In this document: piece after piece, positions 10,158 through 20,361 of the stretch | Layout: the number at the start of each line of letters is the position of its first letter | Position numbering within the stretch: the first letter of the stretch is position 1 | Assembly: GCA_902611715.1 (NCBI GenBank) | Contig: CACMAQ010000004.1 | Location: 1 to 60,408, forward strand | DNA length: 60,408 nt | Direction: 5' to 3' | DNA from: an uncultured Pelagibacteraceae bacterium | GTDB taxonomy: Bacteria; Pseudomonadota; Alphaproteobacteria; Pelagibacterales; AG-422-B15 | The notes under the pieces: model-generated | What the model was told of the DNA's origin: nothing | Databases searched by the model: none | What the model saw: only the letters and a program-made list of their open reading frames with translations | Translations under genes and position numbers: made by a program

Positions 10158-10692
10158 TTAATGCAGTTAAATTCATAATACCTTGATTAATACTGCTATT
10201 ATTTTCTACAAATTTTGTACTTGTTGGTAAATTATAATTTTCTCTTTTTATTCGAGAGTTGATTTCGAATTCGTTCTCTCTTTTTCTATCAAAAATTCGT
10301 TGACTCAATAAATTGCTAGTAGCATTTATGTGTATAACGATAGAAGAGGATATATCATATAATATATTATTTATATATTCTCTAGATCCAGCAAATATTA
10401 TGTTTTTTCCATCTTTAAGATCGTCAATTGCATCTTTGTGAATACCATAATTGCAATTATTTGCATTCCATGTTGTACAAAATAAATTTTCACTCTTCAT
10501 TTGTGTAAATATTTTTTCATCAATAGGGTTATAGTCTTCATTAATATCTATTTTAGTTCTTGTAATGTATCTTTTGATCGCCTTTAGATTATCGATATTT
10601 TTACAGGCTCCATTTATAAGGGTATTTTTACCAGATCCTGATGGACCTAAGACGATAAAAGCCTTGCCGTTTCTTTTAATGCTTTGTTTCAA
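10141..10692 (-). CDS. phnN: Ribose 1,5-bisphosphokinase
   Basis: GPSGSGKNT P-loop, RYITR and YGI motifs; follows phnL. Confidence 0.85.
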   Translation of the reverse strand: MKQSIKRNGKAFIVLGPSGSGKNTLINGACKNIDNLKAIKRYITRTKIDINEDYNPIDEKIFTQMKSENLFCTTWNANNCNYGIHKDAIDDLKDGKNIIFAGSREYINNILYDISSSIVIHINATSNLLSQRIFDRKRENEFEINSRIKRENYNLPTSTKFVENNSSINQGIMNLTALIKSLI

Positions 10693-11350
10693 TGTTTAGA
10701 TCAATCTCTCTTACATTCAACTTTTTTCGAGAATATTCGTCATGAAAGATTCCAATAATTGATACGCCTCTATTAGATTTCGCTTTAATTAAATTGATAA
10801 TTATATCACGATTTCTACTGTCAAGACTTGCAGTTGGCTCATCGAGTAACAAGTAAGGAAGGTCTTTTATAAAACCTCGTGCGATATTAATTCTCTGTTG
10901 CTCGCCCCCAGAAAAAGTTAGCGGAGATAAGTGCCACAAATTCTTCTCAATATTTAAGTCCTTTAAAAGTTTTATCGATTTTTTATAAGCATTATTTTTA
11001 TTATCACCTGAATTTAATAATGGTTCCATTATTACATCTAAAGCAGAAATACGGGGTATCACTTTTAAAAATTGGCTCACATACCCAATTGAAGTTTTTC
11101 TAAGTTTAAGTATTTCCTGAGCCGATAGAGTGGCAATATTTTTATTATTTATAATTATAGCACCCTTATCAATTATATAACTTCCATAAATCATCTTTAA
11201 AATACTTGATTTACCTATGCCTGATGGTCCTTTAAGGGCTACAATTTCACCTGGATTAACCTCAAAATTTAAATTTTTAAAAACTGTTATCTTCGCGTTA
11301 TTTTGGTTAAATAAAGTAAACGATTTATTAACTTTTTTTACCTCAATCAT
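10676..11350 (-). CDS. phnL: C-P lyase ABC-type ATPase PhnL
   Basis: GPSGIGKS, YVSQFL, TFSGGEQQRINIAR and IFHD motifs. Confidence 0.95.
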   Translation of the reverse strand: MIEVKKVNKSFTLFNQNNAKITVFKNLNFEVNPGEIVALKGPSGIGKSSILKMIYGSYIIDKGAIIINNKNIATLSAQEILKLRKTSIGYVSQFLKVIPRISALDVIMEPLLNSGDNKNNAYKKSIKLLKDLNIEKNLWHLSPLTFSGGEQQRINIARGFIKDLPYLLLDEPTASLDSRNRDIIINLIKAKSNRGVSIIGIFHDEYSRKKLNVREIDLNIETKH

Positions 11351-11351
11351 A

Positions 11352-12122
11352 TTAAACGTGTAACACCGAACTTACTAATAGCTGTGTATATTCTTGCTGA
11401 GGATCTTCAAGTACCTGATCGCTTAAACCAGACTCGATTACAGTACCGTTTTTCATGACAATCATTTTATCTGCAAGTAATCTGATAACGGCTAAATCAT
11501 GTGATACAATAATTACTGTAAGGTTCAACTCATTAACAAGTGATCTTATCAAATCAAGAACACGAGCTTGAACTGAAACATCTAGCCCACCAGTTGGTTC
11601 ATCCATAAAAATAACATTTGGGCTTGTTATTAGATTTTTTGCTATTTGAAGTCTTTGAAGCATTCCACCTGAGAAAGTAATGGGTAGATCATCAATTCTA
11701 CTTTTGTCTATTTCAACTTTATTAATCCATTTTGTTGCTAAGCTTCTTATATTTCCATAATGTCTATAGCCAACAGACATTAATTTTTCGCCTATATTAC
11801 CACCTGCTGATACATTTAATCTTAATCCGTCACGTGGGTTTTGATGAACAAAAGCTAAATCTGTTCTAATAAATTTTCTTTTCTCTGACTCTGATATATT
11901 TAAAAAGTCGGTTTCTTTGTTGTTAATATTGAAAATTATTTTTCCTCTATCAGGCTCAAGATTGCCGGATAAGCAGTTAATTAAGGTTGTTTTACCGGAA
12001 CCAGACTCACCGACAATGCCCAATACTTCACCTGGATATAGTGACATTGAAATATTTTTACATCCAACAATATTATCATAAGATTTGCTTAAATTTGTAA
12101 CTTTTAAAAGAGGGATTATCAT
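11352..12122 (-). CDS. phnK: C-P lyase ABC-type ATPase PhnK
   Basis: GESGSGKTT, QNPRDGLR and DEPTGGLDVSVQA motifs. Confidence 0.95.
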   Translation of the reverse strand: MIIPLLKVTNLSKSYDNIVGCKNISMSLYPGEVLGIVGESGSGKTTLINCLSGNLEPDRGKIIFNINNKETDFLNISESEKRKFIRTDLAFVHQNPRDGLRLNVSAGGNIGEKLMSVGYRHYGNIRSLATKWINKVEIDKSRIDDLPITFSGGMLQRLQIAKNLITSPNVIFMDEPTGGLDVSVQARVLDLIRSLVNELNLTVIIVSHDLAVIRLLADKMIVMKNGTVIESGLSDQVLEDPQQEYTQLLVSSVLHV

Positions 12123-13009
12123 TTATTTTTTCTTTTATTACAAAAATCTGTATCTGAGCAAATAAAAGATTTATTTCCCGCATCATCAACAATAATTTCA
12201 TCTAAATATGTATTCTTTGATCCACAAATATCACATGCGTGTTCAGCTTTAAATGGGTCAAATGGGTAGTCTTCAAAATCGAGACTTTTAACTTTTGTAT
12301 ATGGTGGAATAGCATAAATTCTTTGTTCTCTTCCAGCACCAAATAGCTGTATCGCTGGTGAGTTATTCATTTTAGGATTATCAAATTTTGGTATTGGGGA
12401 TGGATCCATTATATAACGATCATTAGTTTTTACTGGATAAGCGTAAGCGGTTTCTATATGCCCATTTTTTGATATATCTTCATAGAGCTTTACGTGCATT
12501 GCGCCATATTCGGAAAGAGAGTGCATTTTTATTGTTTCAGATACTTTAGGTTCTAGAAAGGCCAAGGGTTCAGGGATGGGTACCTGATAAACAAATATTT
12601 GTTTCTTTTTTAATGGTGTTTCAGGAATTCTATGTCTAGTTTGTATCAGTGTTGCTTTTTCAGTAATTTCAGTAGTTTTAATATTTGAAGTTTTTTTGAA
12701 AAAATTTCTTATTGATACAGCGTTGGTAGTATCGTCAGCTCCCTGATCTATTATTTTTAAAGTGTCTCTTTTTGTTAAGCAGCTCGCAGTAACTTGGACT
12801 CCACCTGTTCCCCATCCATATGGCATAGGCATTTCTCTAGAGGCAAAAGGAACCTGATAACCTGGAATACATAAAGCTTTTATTATTGCACGTCTTATCA
12901 TTTTTTTTGTATTCTCATCTAAATACGCAAAATTATATTCTTGATCAAAAGGTAGACCTTTGTCTACTTTGAAATCTTTAATCTTAATTACGTTATTTGT
13001 TTTTCTCAT
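12119..13009 (-). CDS. phnJ: C-P lyase radical SAM subunit PhnJ
   Basis: YNFAYLDE, PYGWGTGG and CxxC..C..C (CDIC, ICSDTDFC); start moved to ATG 13009. Confidence 0.97.
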   Translation of the reverse strand: MRKTNNVIKIKDFKVDKGLPFDQEYNFAYLDENTKKMIRRAIIKALCIPGYQVPFASREMPMPYGWGTGGVQVTASCLTKRDTLKIIDQGADDTTNAVSIRNFFKKTSNIKTTEITEKATLIQTRHRIPETPLKKKQIFVYQVPIPEPLAFLEPKVSETIKMHSLSEYGAMHVKLYEDISKNGHIETAYAYPVKTNDRYIMDPSPIPKFDNPKMNNSPAIQLFGAGREQRIYAIPPYTKVKSLDFEDYPFDPFKAEHACDICGSKNTYLDEIIVDDAGNKSFICSDTDFCNKRKNK

Positions 13010-14063
13010 ACTCTTTACGAATTCTTCTAACCAATTCCAGCTCTGATTGAAAATCAACATAATGGGGTAACTTTAAATGTTCCAAAAACCCAGTTGCCTG
13101 TATATTATCACAATGTGACAATACAAACTCTTCATCCTGAGCAGGAGCTCCGACAAACTCTTCACCAATTTCTTTCCACCTTAATGCCCTATCGACTAGG
13201 GCCATTGATACTGCCTTTCTTTCTAATTGACCAAATGTCAATCCATATCCTCGTGTAAATTGTGCGGGTGTTTTTTTGCTTCCTTGAAATTGATTTACAC
13301 TTTCGCACTCAGTAACAATTATTTCTGCAATATCGATCTCAATGTCTAATTCTGGAATGTTGTACTTAACTTTTACATAACCAATTCTTAATTCACCTAC
13401 AAAAGCATGATTTCTAGCGTAGCCTCTTTGAGTTGAATAAGCTAAAGCAAGAAGAAATCCTTCATCGGCTCTAGAAAGTGATTGTAACCTCTCACTTCTA
13501 TTAGCTGGAAACTCAAGTGGATTTCTTGTGATGTCTTTTGGCTGATAATTATTATTTTTTTCTTTTTGAATAAGGCCTTCTTTATTTAAAAATCTCAGTA
13601 CGTGAGGTATTTTTTCCTTTAATACTTTTCGTTTTTCTGCCTTAGGTATATTGCCTTCAGCCAGTAAACTAAAGTCTAAAAGTCTGTGTGTATAATCAAA
13701 TGTAGGCCCCAATTTTTGTTTTCCGGGAATATCTTTATAAGTTGCTGAGATTCTTCTCATGCATACCATATCTTCTGTTTTAATAGGGGGGGATGTTCCA
13801 AATCTTGGTAGAGTTGTACGATAGGCCCTGATTAAGAAGATGGCTTCAATAAGGTCACCTCTTGATTGTTTTATGGCGAGAGCTGCTAGATCAGTATCAT
13901 ATAATGATCCTTCTGACATGACCCTTTCAACAGACAATGTCAACTGTTCTTTAATTTGATCAATTTCGAGGTTGGGAACATTAACATCACCTCTCCTTAT
14001 TTCTGAAAGCCAATTATGAGCATTTTCAATTGCTTTTTCACCACCTTTAACAGCTACATACAT
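12993..14063 (-). CDS. phnI: C-P lyase complex subunit PhnI
   Basis: MYVAVKGGEKAI start; KLPHYVDFQSEL C-terminal motif. Confidence 0.97.
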   Translation of the reverse strand: MYVAVKGGEKAIENAHNWLSEIRRGDVNVPNLEIDQIKEQLTLSVERVMSEGSLYDTDLAALAIKQSRGDLIEAIFLIRAYRTTLPRFGTSPPIKTEDMVCMRRISATYKDIPGKQKLGPTFDYTHRLLDFSLLAEGNIPKAEKRKVLKEKIPHVLRFLNKEGLIQKEKNNNYQPKDITRNPLEFPANRSERLQSLSRADEGFLLALAYSTQRGYARNHAFVGELRIGYVKVKYNIPELDIEIDIAEIIVTECESVNQFQGSKKTPAQFTRGYGLTFGQLERKAVSMALVDRALRWKEIGEEFVGAPAQDEEFVLSHCDNIQATGFLEHLKLPHYVDFQSELELVRRIRKEYEKNK

Positions 14064-14068
14064 AGAAA

Positions 14069-14635
14069 CTATCCTTTCTTTTTAATTTTTATTGATCTTG
14101 GAATGCAAAAAAAATTGCTTTTATTGGTAAAATAGAAATCTATACCAAGGGGGAAGTAGTTATTTACATCACTTATTTTATTCGCATGAGGTAAGTAGAT
14201 ATCTTTGCTACCTTTGATACCGGGCCCCGAAATACTTACATTGTCTGATTTAAATGGTGTCTCAATTATTAATGTACATGATCTATCCGGAAACTCGTCT
14301 GATCCTCTAGAGAATTCTGTAAGGGGCAACATGTCATTGAAAGTACCAATTGCAAAATTTGCAAATTTTTTATCTACTATTTTAGAGTTTGTATGAAAGG
14401 CTACCCAATCTCTTAAGGATTTAGTGTCTAATGATTTTCCAATATAAATGGCGCTGGTGTGATCGCACATAGTGGACAAAATAGTAGCTGAAGATGTAGA
14501 AATTTGTTTAGGTTTATTTATCTCTAAAAACTTTTCAATTGATCCAGGATAAGAAGTTGCAAACAATATAGCTCTGAATGCATCGGCTTTTATAATAGAC
14601 TCGTTTTCATTTGTATTAATCATTTCAAGTTTCAC
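14069..14635 (-). CDS. phnH: C-P lyase complex subunit PhnH
   Basis: PG, FHT, PDRSCTL, GPGIKG and FPLGID motifs. Confidence 0.9.
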   Translation of the reverse strand: MKLEMINTNENESIIKADAFRAILFATSYPGSIEKFLEINKPKQISTSSATILSTMCDHTSAIYIGKSLDTKSLRDWVAFHTNSKIVDKKFANFAIGTFNDMLPLTEFSRGSDEFPDRSCTLIIETPFKSDNVSISGPGIKGSKDIYLPHANKISDVNNYFPLGIDFYFTNKSNFFCIPRSIKIKKKG

Positions 14636-15056
14636 CTCGCACCAATGTAAAGAAATCGACAGCTGTTGACTCTGATTTTGACATTACATCTTTTTTTAAA
14701 TTTTTATCGCTTACAACTAGAGGGCGTATTATATTTTTGATTAAAAAATCTCTTTTATTTGTTTGCAGTAAAGCATCGCATATAGCAACAATTTCAGCCT
14801 TATATTTATTTCTTCCTTGCACGTATCCGTGACCAATTTTTCCTTGTGAGGTTTTCAATTGACAACGGGTAATAGTAACTTCACCAAAATTGAAATTATT
14901 TCCTGTTACTCCAATTTTTCCTTGACACATTATACTGCCTATTTCCGGTTTTCTAAGCCATGTGAAATTTACCTCAATACCAAATTTTTCCCAAAGAGAA
15001 GTTAGGTGGGCATCATTGCATGTAGCCAATGTACTAAGCCAAAATTTTCTTTCCAT
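14625..15056 (-). CDS. phnG: C-P lyase complex subunit PhnG
   Basis: PEIG, FNFGEVTITRC and VDFFTLVRGE motifs. Confidence 0.95.
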   Translation of the reverse strand: MERKFWLSTLATCNDAHLTSLWEKFGIEVNFTWLRKPEIGSIMCQGKIGVTGNNFNFGEVTITRCQLKTSQGKIGHGYVQGRNKYKAEIVAICDALLQTNKRDFLIKNIIRPLVVSDKNLKKDVMSKSESTAVDFFTLVRGET

Positions 15057-15060
15057 ATTA

Positions 15061-15090
15061 ATCTATACAACTATACAAGTATACTATACT
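15061..15090. promoter_or_regulatory. Candidate PhnF (GntR/HutC) operator
   Basis: Repeated ctatacaa-ctatacaa-gtatac-tatact (TGTATAG-like half sites) between divergent phnG and phnF. Confidence 0.55.
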
Positions 15091-15143
15091 TATTATGACG
15101 ATTCGTTTCAATTTATTTATTAAAAATATGTTACAATAGCTAA

Positions 15144-15845
15144 ATGTTTGCCTGGGAAGAAATAAGGGACTCAATAAAAAAAGATATTATTGATCGTAAG
15201 CTTCGATTAGGGGAAAAAATCTATTCTGAAAACTATTATGCTAAGCTTTTTAAGGTGAATAGGCATACAGTTAGACGTGGAATCGAGGCCCTTAAAAAAG
15301 AAAATATCATTTATTCGAGAAGAGGTTTAGGATATTTTCTCAACTCTAAGAAAATAAATTATAAAATCGGAAAAACAGTAAGGGCATCACAGAATTTAAA
15401 TCAAGAGACTACTGATATTGCTGTAGATATTATTTCTATAGATAAGAGAAAAGGGTACAGCAATGAAATAAGAGAATTTAATTTAAAAAAAAATGACTCA
15501 GTTTTCTATATTTATACAATCTCTAAAGCTAATGGTATTCCACTTATTTTAACAGAAAGATTAGTCCCAGAAAAAAGATTTAAAAATTTTGATTTATTTT
15601 TTCGTAAAACTGGCTCTATGACATTGTCCTTTAATAAATATGGATTAAAAAAAATATATAGAAAAAAAACAACAGTATCAGCAGAGAGTGCGAATAATGT
15701 ACAATCCAAATATTTAAAAATAAATATCGGAGACCCGTTAATACATACAAAAGCAATAAATACAGATATTAATAACAAACCAATTGAGATAAGTGATAGT
15801 TATTTCGTTGGAAGTAAAATTCAATTAGAAGTAAGCAAATTATAA
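15144..15845 (+). CDS. phnF: GntR/HutC-family regulator PhnF
   Basis: wHTH with VNRHTVRR plus UTRA domain; divergent from phnG. Confidence 0.85.
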   Translation: MFAWEEIRDSIKKDIIDRKLRLGEKIYSENYYAKLFKVNRHTVRRGIEALKKENIIYSRRGLGYFLNSKKINYKIGKTVRASQNLNQETTDIAVDIISIDKRKGYSNEIREFNLKKNDSVFYIYTISKANGIPLILTERLVPEKRFKNFDLFFRKTGSMTLSFNKYGLKKIYRKKTTVSAESANNVQSKYLKINIGDPLIHTKAINTDINNKPIEISDSYFVGSKIQLEVSKL

Positions 15846-17057
15846 TTATTTGTGCATTTGATTTGTAGGTTTCTCGAAAATTATTAGTGAGAAAGAAAAC
15901 GCTGATAGGATTGCAGTTGTTACAATCGTAATCGTAAATAAGTTTAAATTATACGCAAAAAGAAGTGCACCTAATGCTGGACCTACGGCAAAGCTAATGC
16001 TCCTTGAAAGGGCCATCCACCCTTTAGCTTGGCCATAAATTTGTGACTCAAAATACATATTGGTGACATAACCATATGTTATTGTTAAAACACCGTGACC
16101 CATTCCGAAAAAAGCCATACTAATTGCGGCAACAAAAATATTATTTGTAAATTGAGCTGTAAAAATTGAAAAAATTACAAACAAAAAGGCTATTAAGCCT
16201 GTATATCTTGCGTCGTAATGCTTTCCAATTTTCATTTCCAAGTATCTTCCTACAAGTTGAAACGGGCCATATATACTCGCAAGTACAACCGCGATACTAA
16301 TGTCATTAAATGTTTCTGTAAAAAAATTTACTAATGCAAGGGTAAATGCTACAAAAAAGAAATTTTGTAAAGAAGAGGATATTGTAATATAAAAAAATGA
16401 TTTCTTTTGTGTCTTCTTTAGCTCATTCCAATTAAATAATAACTTGCTTTCATTTAAGTATTCTATATTTGATTTGTATTTCATTTCCTTTGAGGACACA
16501 AGTACATAGCCAATTAATAAAATAATTGAAGTAAATAAACACGTATAGAATAAACCTACATTGTATATAAGTGGATAAATTGAAAGCCAGGTAATAGTGC
16601 TTGCTACCGCTCCATAAAAAGTAATTATTGAAATATTTTTTCTAGAATTGATTTCATCCATTTGGACTGCCGCATTAAACGCTACCTCATAGGTTGACAT
16701 ACCAAGCCCCAAGGTAATTAGAAACATAGAAATAAACACCCACAATACATTTTTGAAAATAAATAAATCAATCTCTGTTATTCCAATAAAAATTGAGCCT
16801 ATCATACCTAATAACAGGCCGTATTTAATTACGATTAGGCTTCCATGATGGTCTGACCATTTTCCAATCCGAGGCGCTAATAGGGCTTGAAATAACAGTG
16901 CTAAACTAAACATTGTGAGAATTAATTCCTCACTTAAATTGGTGTGCAGTGAGATATACTCTTTTAATGGGGCAATAGTATAGAATAAAAATCCGTAACC
17001 AATGATTGTTACAATTCCAATAGTATGAACAGGAAATAAACTATTATTTTCTTTCAA
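15846..17057 (-). CDS. MFS transporter, ArsK-like subfamily
   Basis: ~12 TM; IIGYGFLFY, APRIGKWSD, ASTITW and GPFQLVGR motifs recall ArsK-type MFS. Confidence 0.7.
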   Translation of the reverse strand: MKENNSLFPVHTIGIVTIIGYGFLFYTIAPLKEYISLHTNLSEELILTMFSLALLFQALLAPRIGKWSDHHGSLIVIKYGLLLGMIGSIFIGITEIDLFIFKNVLWVFISMFLITLGLGMSTYEVAFNAAVQMDEINSRKNISIITFYGAVASTITWLSIYPLIYNVGLFYTCLFTSIILLIGYVLVSSKEMKYKSNIEYLNESKLLFNWNELKKTQKKSFFYITISSSLQNFFFVAFTLALVNFFTETFNDISIAVVLASIYGPFQLVGRYLEMKIGKHYDARYTGLIAFLFVIFSIFTAQFTNNIFVAAISMAFFGMGHGVLTITYGYVTNMYFESQIYGQAKGWMALSRSISFAVGPALGALLFAYNLNLFTITIVTTAILSAFSFSLIIFEKPTNQMHK

Positions 17058-17152
17058 CTTGATGCCTGTTTAGTATTTGTTTTTATAAGTCATTGAATAA
17101 ATTTGTTATTTTTACAATAGTTAAAAAATAGATTGTTTACCAATTTTTAAAT

Positions 17153-17191
17153 ATTACAAAAATGTTAAGAAATATTACAATAATATTACAT
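17153..17191 (-). promoter_or_regulatory. Pho-box-like array facing the MFS gene
   Basis: attacaa / gttaaga / attacaa / attacat at spacings 11, 10, 11 (minus strand: ttgtaat-type units). Confidence 0.55.
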
Positions 17192-17534
17192 GAAACGATT
17201 CGTACTTTTAATGTTCATTTTTAAAATTCTGCTGAGCACAAACATCTATGCTGACGACTTTAAGAGTTGTATAGCTTACTTTCAAAACACTTCATCTCTA
17301 GAAATAGGGTACGATGAGACAATAATTAATTGTGAAATATATTTTAATACTCATCCTAGCAGTAACTTCAATGAGTATAGTCTTTGTATGTTGCAGAATA
17401 TTAAATCAGCTAAAAATATTGATGATTATTTTTATGAGTCAGACCAATGTGTGATTAATCACTGTTCTTCTAATATAGAAACTTTTTTTAATGGTAGTGA
17501 TCCTGGCTTTTGTACGTTATTAGAAGAGGTGTAG
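17190..17534 (+). CDS. Secreted hypothetical protein with six cysteines
   Basis: Signal peptide ending IYA-DD; two C-x20-C repeats. Confidence 0.7.
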   Translation: MKRFVLLMFIFKILLSTNIYADDFKSCIAYFQNTSSLEIGYDETIINCEIYFNTHPSSNFNEYSLCMLQNIKSAKNIDDYFYESDQCVINHCSSNIETFFNGSDPGFCTLLEEV

Positions 17535-17972
17535 TTAAAAAATCTGCCACCATGACTTTTCTTTTTCATTTTCTGTCTCTTCTTGCAGTTCGTCTGACTC
17601 ATTAACAATTCCAATTCTCATATCTTGTCCGGCAACATTGCCTTCTCTCGCTATAGTTTGAGCCTCTTTCAATTTCATTTTTGCAAGGACGTTTTGATTT
17701 TTATTACACAATTCCATTCCTTCAAGCATTAAATTATGTGCTTTCGTTGCTGAATCTGGGTCAGCTCGCTGTATATCGTTTTTAATTGATCCACGGAGCG
17801 TTAATATACTTAAATCTTCACAGTTTCCTATATTGCTCTCGTATGTACTTTCAGTATTGGTAGAATAGTCACTTCCAGCTTGCCCAATTGTATTGTCTTC
17901 ATGACTGTCTGCAAGAGCAAGAGATGATAACATGTACGACGTTATTAAAAAGAATTGAATAAATTTGGTCAT
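17535..17972 (-). CDS. Secreted acidic hypothetical protein
   Basis: Signal peptide ending ALA-D; two Cys; C-terminal KSWWQIF. Confidence 0.75.
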   Translation of the reverse strand: MTKFIQFFLITSYMLSSLALADSHEDNTIGQAGSDYSTNTESTYESNIGNCEDLSILTLRGSIKNDIQRADPDSATKAHNLMLEGMELCNKNQNVLAKMKLKEAQTIAREGNVAGQDMRIGIVNESDELQEETENEKEKSWWQIF

Positions 17973-18024
17973 AATTAATTGTACAAATAGATTGTTAAAA
18001 AAATATTAAGATCTCAAAAAAAAA

Positions 18025-19434
18025 TTATTTTTTTGCCATTTTTGCCAATTGTAATTCTGCTCCTAGCGTTTCATCACCAATCAAAGCTCTTCTTACTTTT
18101 GCGGACATTGTATCCATGAAAATAACAACTCCTAAAATCAATAATGACATATACATAACATTTTCCCAACTGGTACCCGTATTTATTGCTCCAAGTAATT
18201 GTAAACCTATGCCGCCTGCGCCCATGGCACCTATAATAACAGCTCCTCTCGTGTTTGATTCTAAGTAGTAAAGAGTTTGGGAAATAAAAATAGGAAGTAT
18301 TTGAGGTATAATTCCAAATCTGTGTTGAAGAGTTTTATTCGCTCCCGTAGACTCTACACCTTCTTGTTGCTTTTCTTCAGTGTTTTCTATTGCTTCAGAC
18401 ATTAATTTTCCAAGAGTTCCTGTATCTGTAATTGCAATAGCAAATATTCCAGTAAATGGTCCTGGTCCGAAGGCTCTTAAAAAAATTAAGCTCCAAATCA
18501 AAAAATCGATGCCTCTTAATGTATCAAATAACCGTCTTAATATCGTTCGAACAAATTTAAAAGGCGTTACATTGTAAGCTGCAAAAAATGCCAGAGGAAA
18601 ACCCAGAAGAGCTGCTAGTAGGGTGCCCAATAGAGCCATAAAAATTGTCTCTAATAAAGCCCACAATATTTGTCCATGATGCCACATATCATTATTTAGA
18701 AATTCTTGAATTAGAAGCGAAAAATTTGAAATATTGGGGTCAACTCTATCGCCTGAGAATGAAAGTGAAATAGCATTCCAAATTCCATATGGTTCTAAAG
18801 GACTGTCAAAGTCAAACCAGAAATAGTTCCAACCAAGATTGTACCTATGTACTTCAACTTTTTTTGAATAAACTTGAACTCTTTCGTAAAGAGATGGTCT
18901 AACCTCTATTTTATTTTCCGTTACCCTTATCCATTTTGGGAGATTATCTACATTTTCAACGTAAGGCTTACCTTGTGCATCAAGACGAAAAACAAGTGTT
19001 TCTTTGGTGTCTGGCCAGTTTTCTATTGTAACTTTATCATCGTATAGATTTGCAAACCCTCCATTTTTAAAACTTATTTTTGTTTCACCCTCTGGACCTA
19101 TGGAAGTCCATTCAGGATACCTTTCTGGAAGACCGTCACTTTTTTGATAGGGGCCAACATACTGAGACCACCTGCTTCCTTCAAAGGATATAATTATATC
19201 ATCTGGTTCACTCCATTTCATTGTGACATGGTCTTTATGTGCATATGTGTCGAGGGCAAACAAAGAAGCTCTTTCAGGACTCCATTTTTTATGAATCTGC
19301 AATATGTCGAGGCTTAAAATTGCTATGATTAAATACACTATAATCCCGAGCACTAAAAAAGTTGACCACATTTTAGATGAAAATTTAGTAACTACTATAT
19401 CTGAATAATTTTTAATAATTTCAGACCTGTTCAT
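18025..19434 (-). CDS. phnE: Phosphonate ABC permease PhnE with long N-terminal periplasmic insert
   Basis: GTLGKLMSEAIE, ESNTRGA and GAGGIG motifs; ATGA coupling to the upstream phnE. Confidence 0.92.
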   Translation of the reverse strand: MNRSEIIKNYSDIVVTKFSSKMWSTFLVLGIIVYLIIAILSLDILQIHKKWSPERASLFALDTYAHKDHVTMKWSEPDDIIISFEGSRWSQYVGPYQKSDGLPERYPEWTSIGPEGETKISFKNGGFANLYDDKVTIENWPDTKETLVFRLDAQGKPYVENVDNLPKWIRVTENKIEVRPSLYERVQVYSKKVEVHRYNLGWNYFWFDFDSPLEPYGIWNAISLSFSGDRVDPNISNFSLLIQEFLNNDMWHHGQILWALLETIFMALLGTLLAALLGFPLAFFAAYNVTPFKFVRTILRRLFDTLRGIDFLIWSLIFLRAFGPGPFTGIFAIAITDTGTLGKLMSEAIENTEEKQQEGVESTGANKTLQHRFGIIPQILPIFISQTLYYLESNTRGAVIIGAMGAGGIGLQLLGAINTGTSWENVMYMSLLILGVVIFMDTMSAKVRRALIGDETLGAELQLAKMAKK

Positions 19435-20297
19435 GATTTCAATCCTATTAATGATTTTCGCCAATAACTTGATAAGTAATCCAATGCAATGATCGTAGAC
19501 ACAAGTAAAAACATTATTGCAATAGTGTCAGCTTCATATTTCCACTGTATATTAGTGTAAAGTTGCTCACCGATACCTCCAGCGCCAACAAATCCCAAAA
19601 TAGTTGAAGCCCTTATATTAATCTCAAATCTTAAAATTGTGTAAGTTAGAAATAGAGGGAGTGCCTGAGTTACCACACCAAATCTTATTCTGGTAAACCA
19701 TGAAGCTCCACAGGACTCAAGACCTTCAATTGGATTTTTGTCGACATTCTCAATAGCTTCTGAAAACAATTTGCCAAGAGCTCCTGCGGTATGAATTATG
19801 ATGGCAATTACAGCAGGCAGTGCTGACTTTCCCAGTAGATACAACAAAACAAGCGCAATAACTAATTCTGGAAACGATCTGCATATATCCATGATGCGTC
19901 GAAATATTAATACAGTAGTTTTACTTTTGATTAGATTACGACTTGAAAAAATACTTAAAAAAAAGGCTAGCAACGTACCCATTGCTGTTGAAAATAGAGC
20001 CATATTAATAGTGCTTATTAAATCTGGAAGGTATTCAAGTAACAATAAATTCCATCTATAGCCGTATTCCCATGACCCAACAAATAGATCAACTGGGTAA
20101 TCGAAAAATTTAGGTAATCCAACCCAGATGCTAGTCGCATTTCCTGTTTCTGCTACAATTAAACCCGAATAAATAACTGCTATCAATGCCGCAATTGAGA
20201 GAAAAGAATAAATTGATCTTGTTCTTGTAAGAGATTTTAAATTATTTTCAATTTTAATTAAATTTTCTGGCAATGATGATTGCACTGTTTCCTCCAA
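19431..20297 (-). CDS. phnE: Phosphonate ABC permease PhnE
   Basis: GALGKLFSEAIE and RFEINIRASTILGFVGAGGIG motifs. Confidence 0.93.
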   Translation of the reverse strand: MEETVQSSLPENLIKIENNLKSLTRTRSIYSFLSIAALIAVIYSGLIVAETGNATSIWVGLPKFFDYPVDLFVGSWEYGYRWNLLLLEYLPDLISTINMALFSTAMGTLLAFFLSIFSSRNLIKSKTTVLIFRRIMDICRSFPELVIALVLLYLLGKSALPAVIAIIIHTAGALGKLFSEAIENVDKNPIEGLESCGASWFTRIRFGVVTQALPLFLTYTILRFEINIRASTILGFVGAGGIGEQLYTNIQWKYEADTIAIMFLLVSTIIALDYLSSYWRKSLIGLKS

Positions 20298-20305
20298 ATA
20301 GACAA

Positions 20306-20344
20306 CTAACTAAGAGGATGGGGCATGCCATCCTCTTAAGTTAG
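20306..20344 (-). terminator. Intercistronic stem-loop after phnD
   Basis: taagaggatgg / ccatcctctta inverted repeat, extended by ctaac/gttag. Confidence 0.7.
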
Positions 20345-20361
20345 CAAACAACTACCGAAAT

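Noticed and set aside
15095-15136. Pho boxes in the phnG/phnF spacer
   Set aside because: Candidate half sites are irregularly spaced (10, 14, 11 bp) and too degenerate for this AT background
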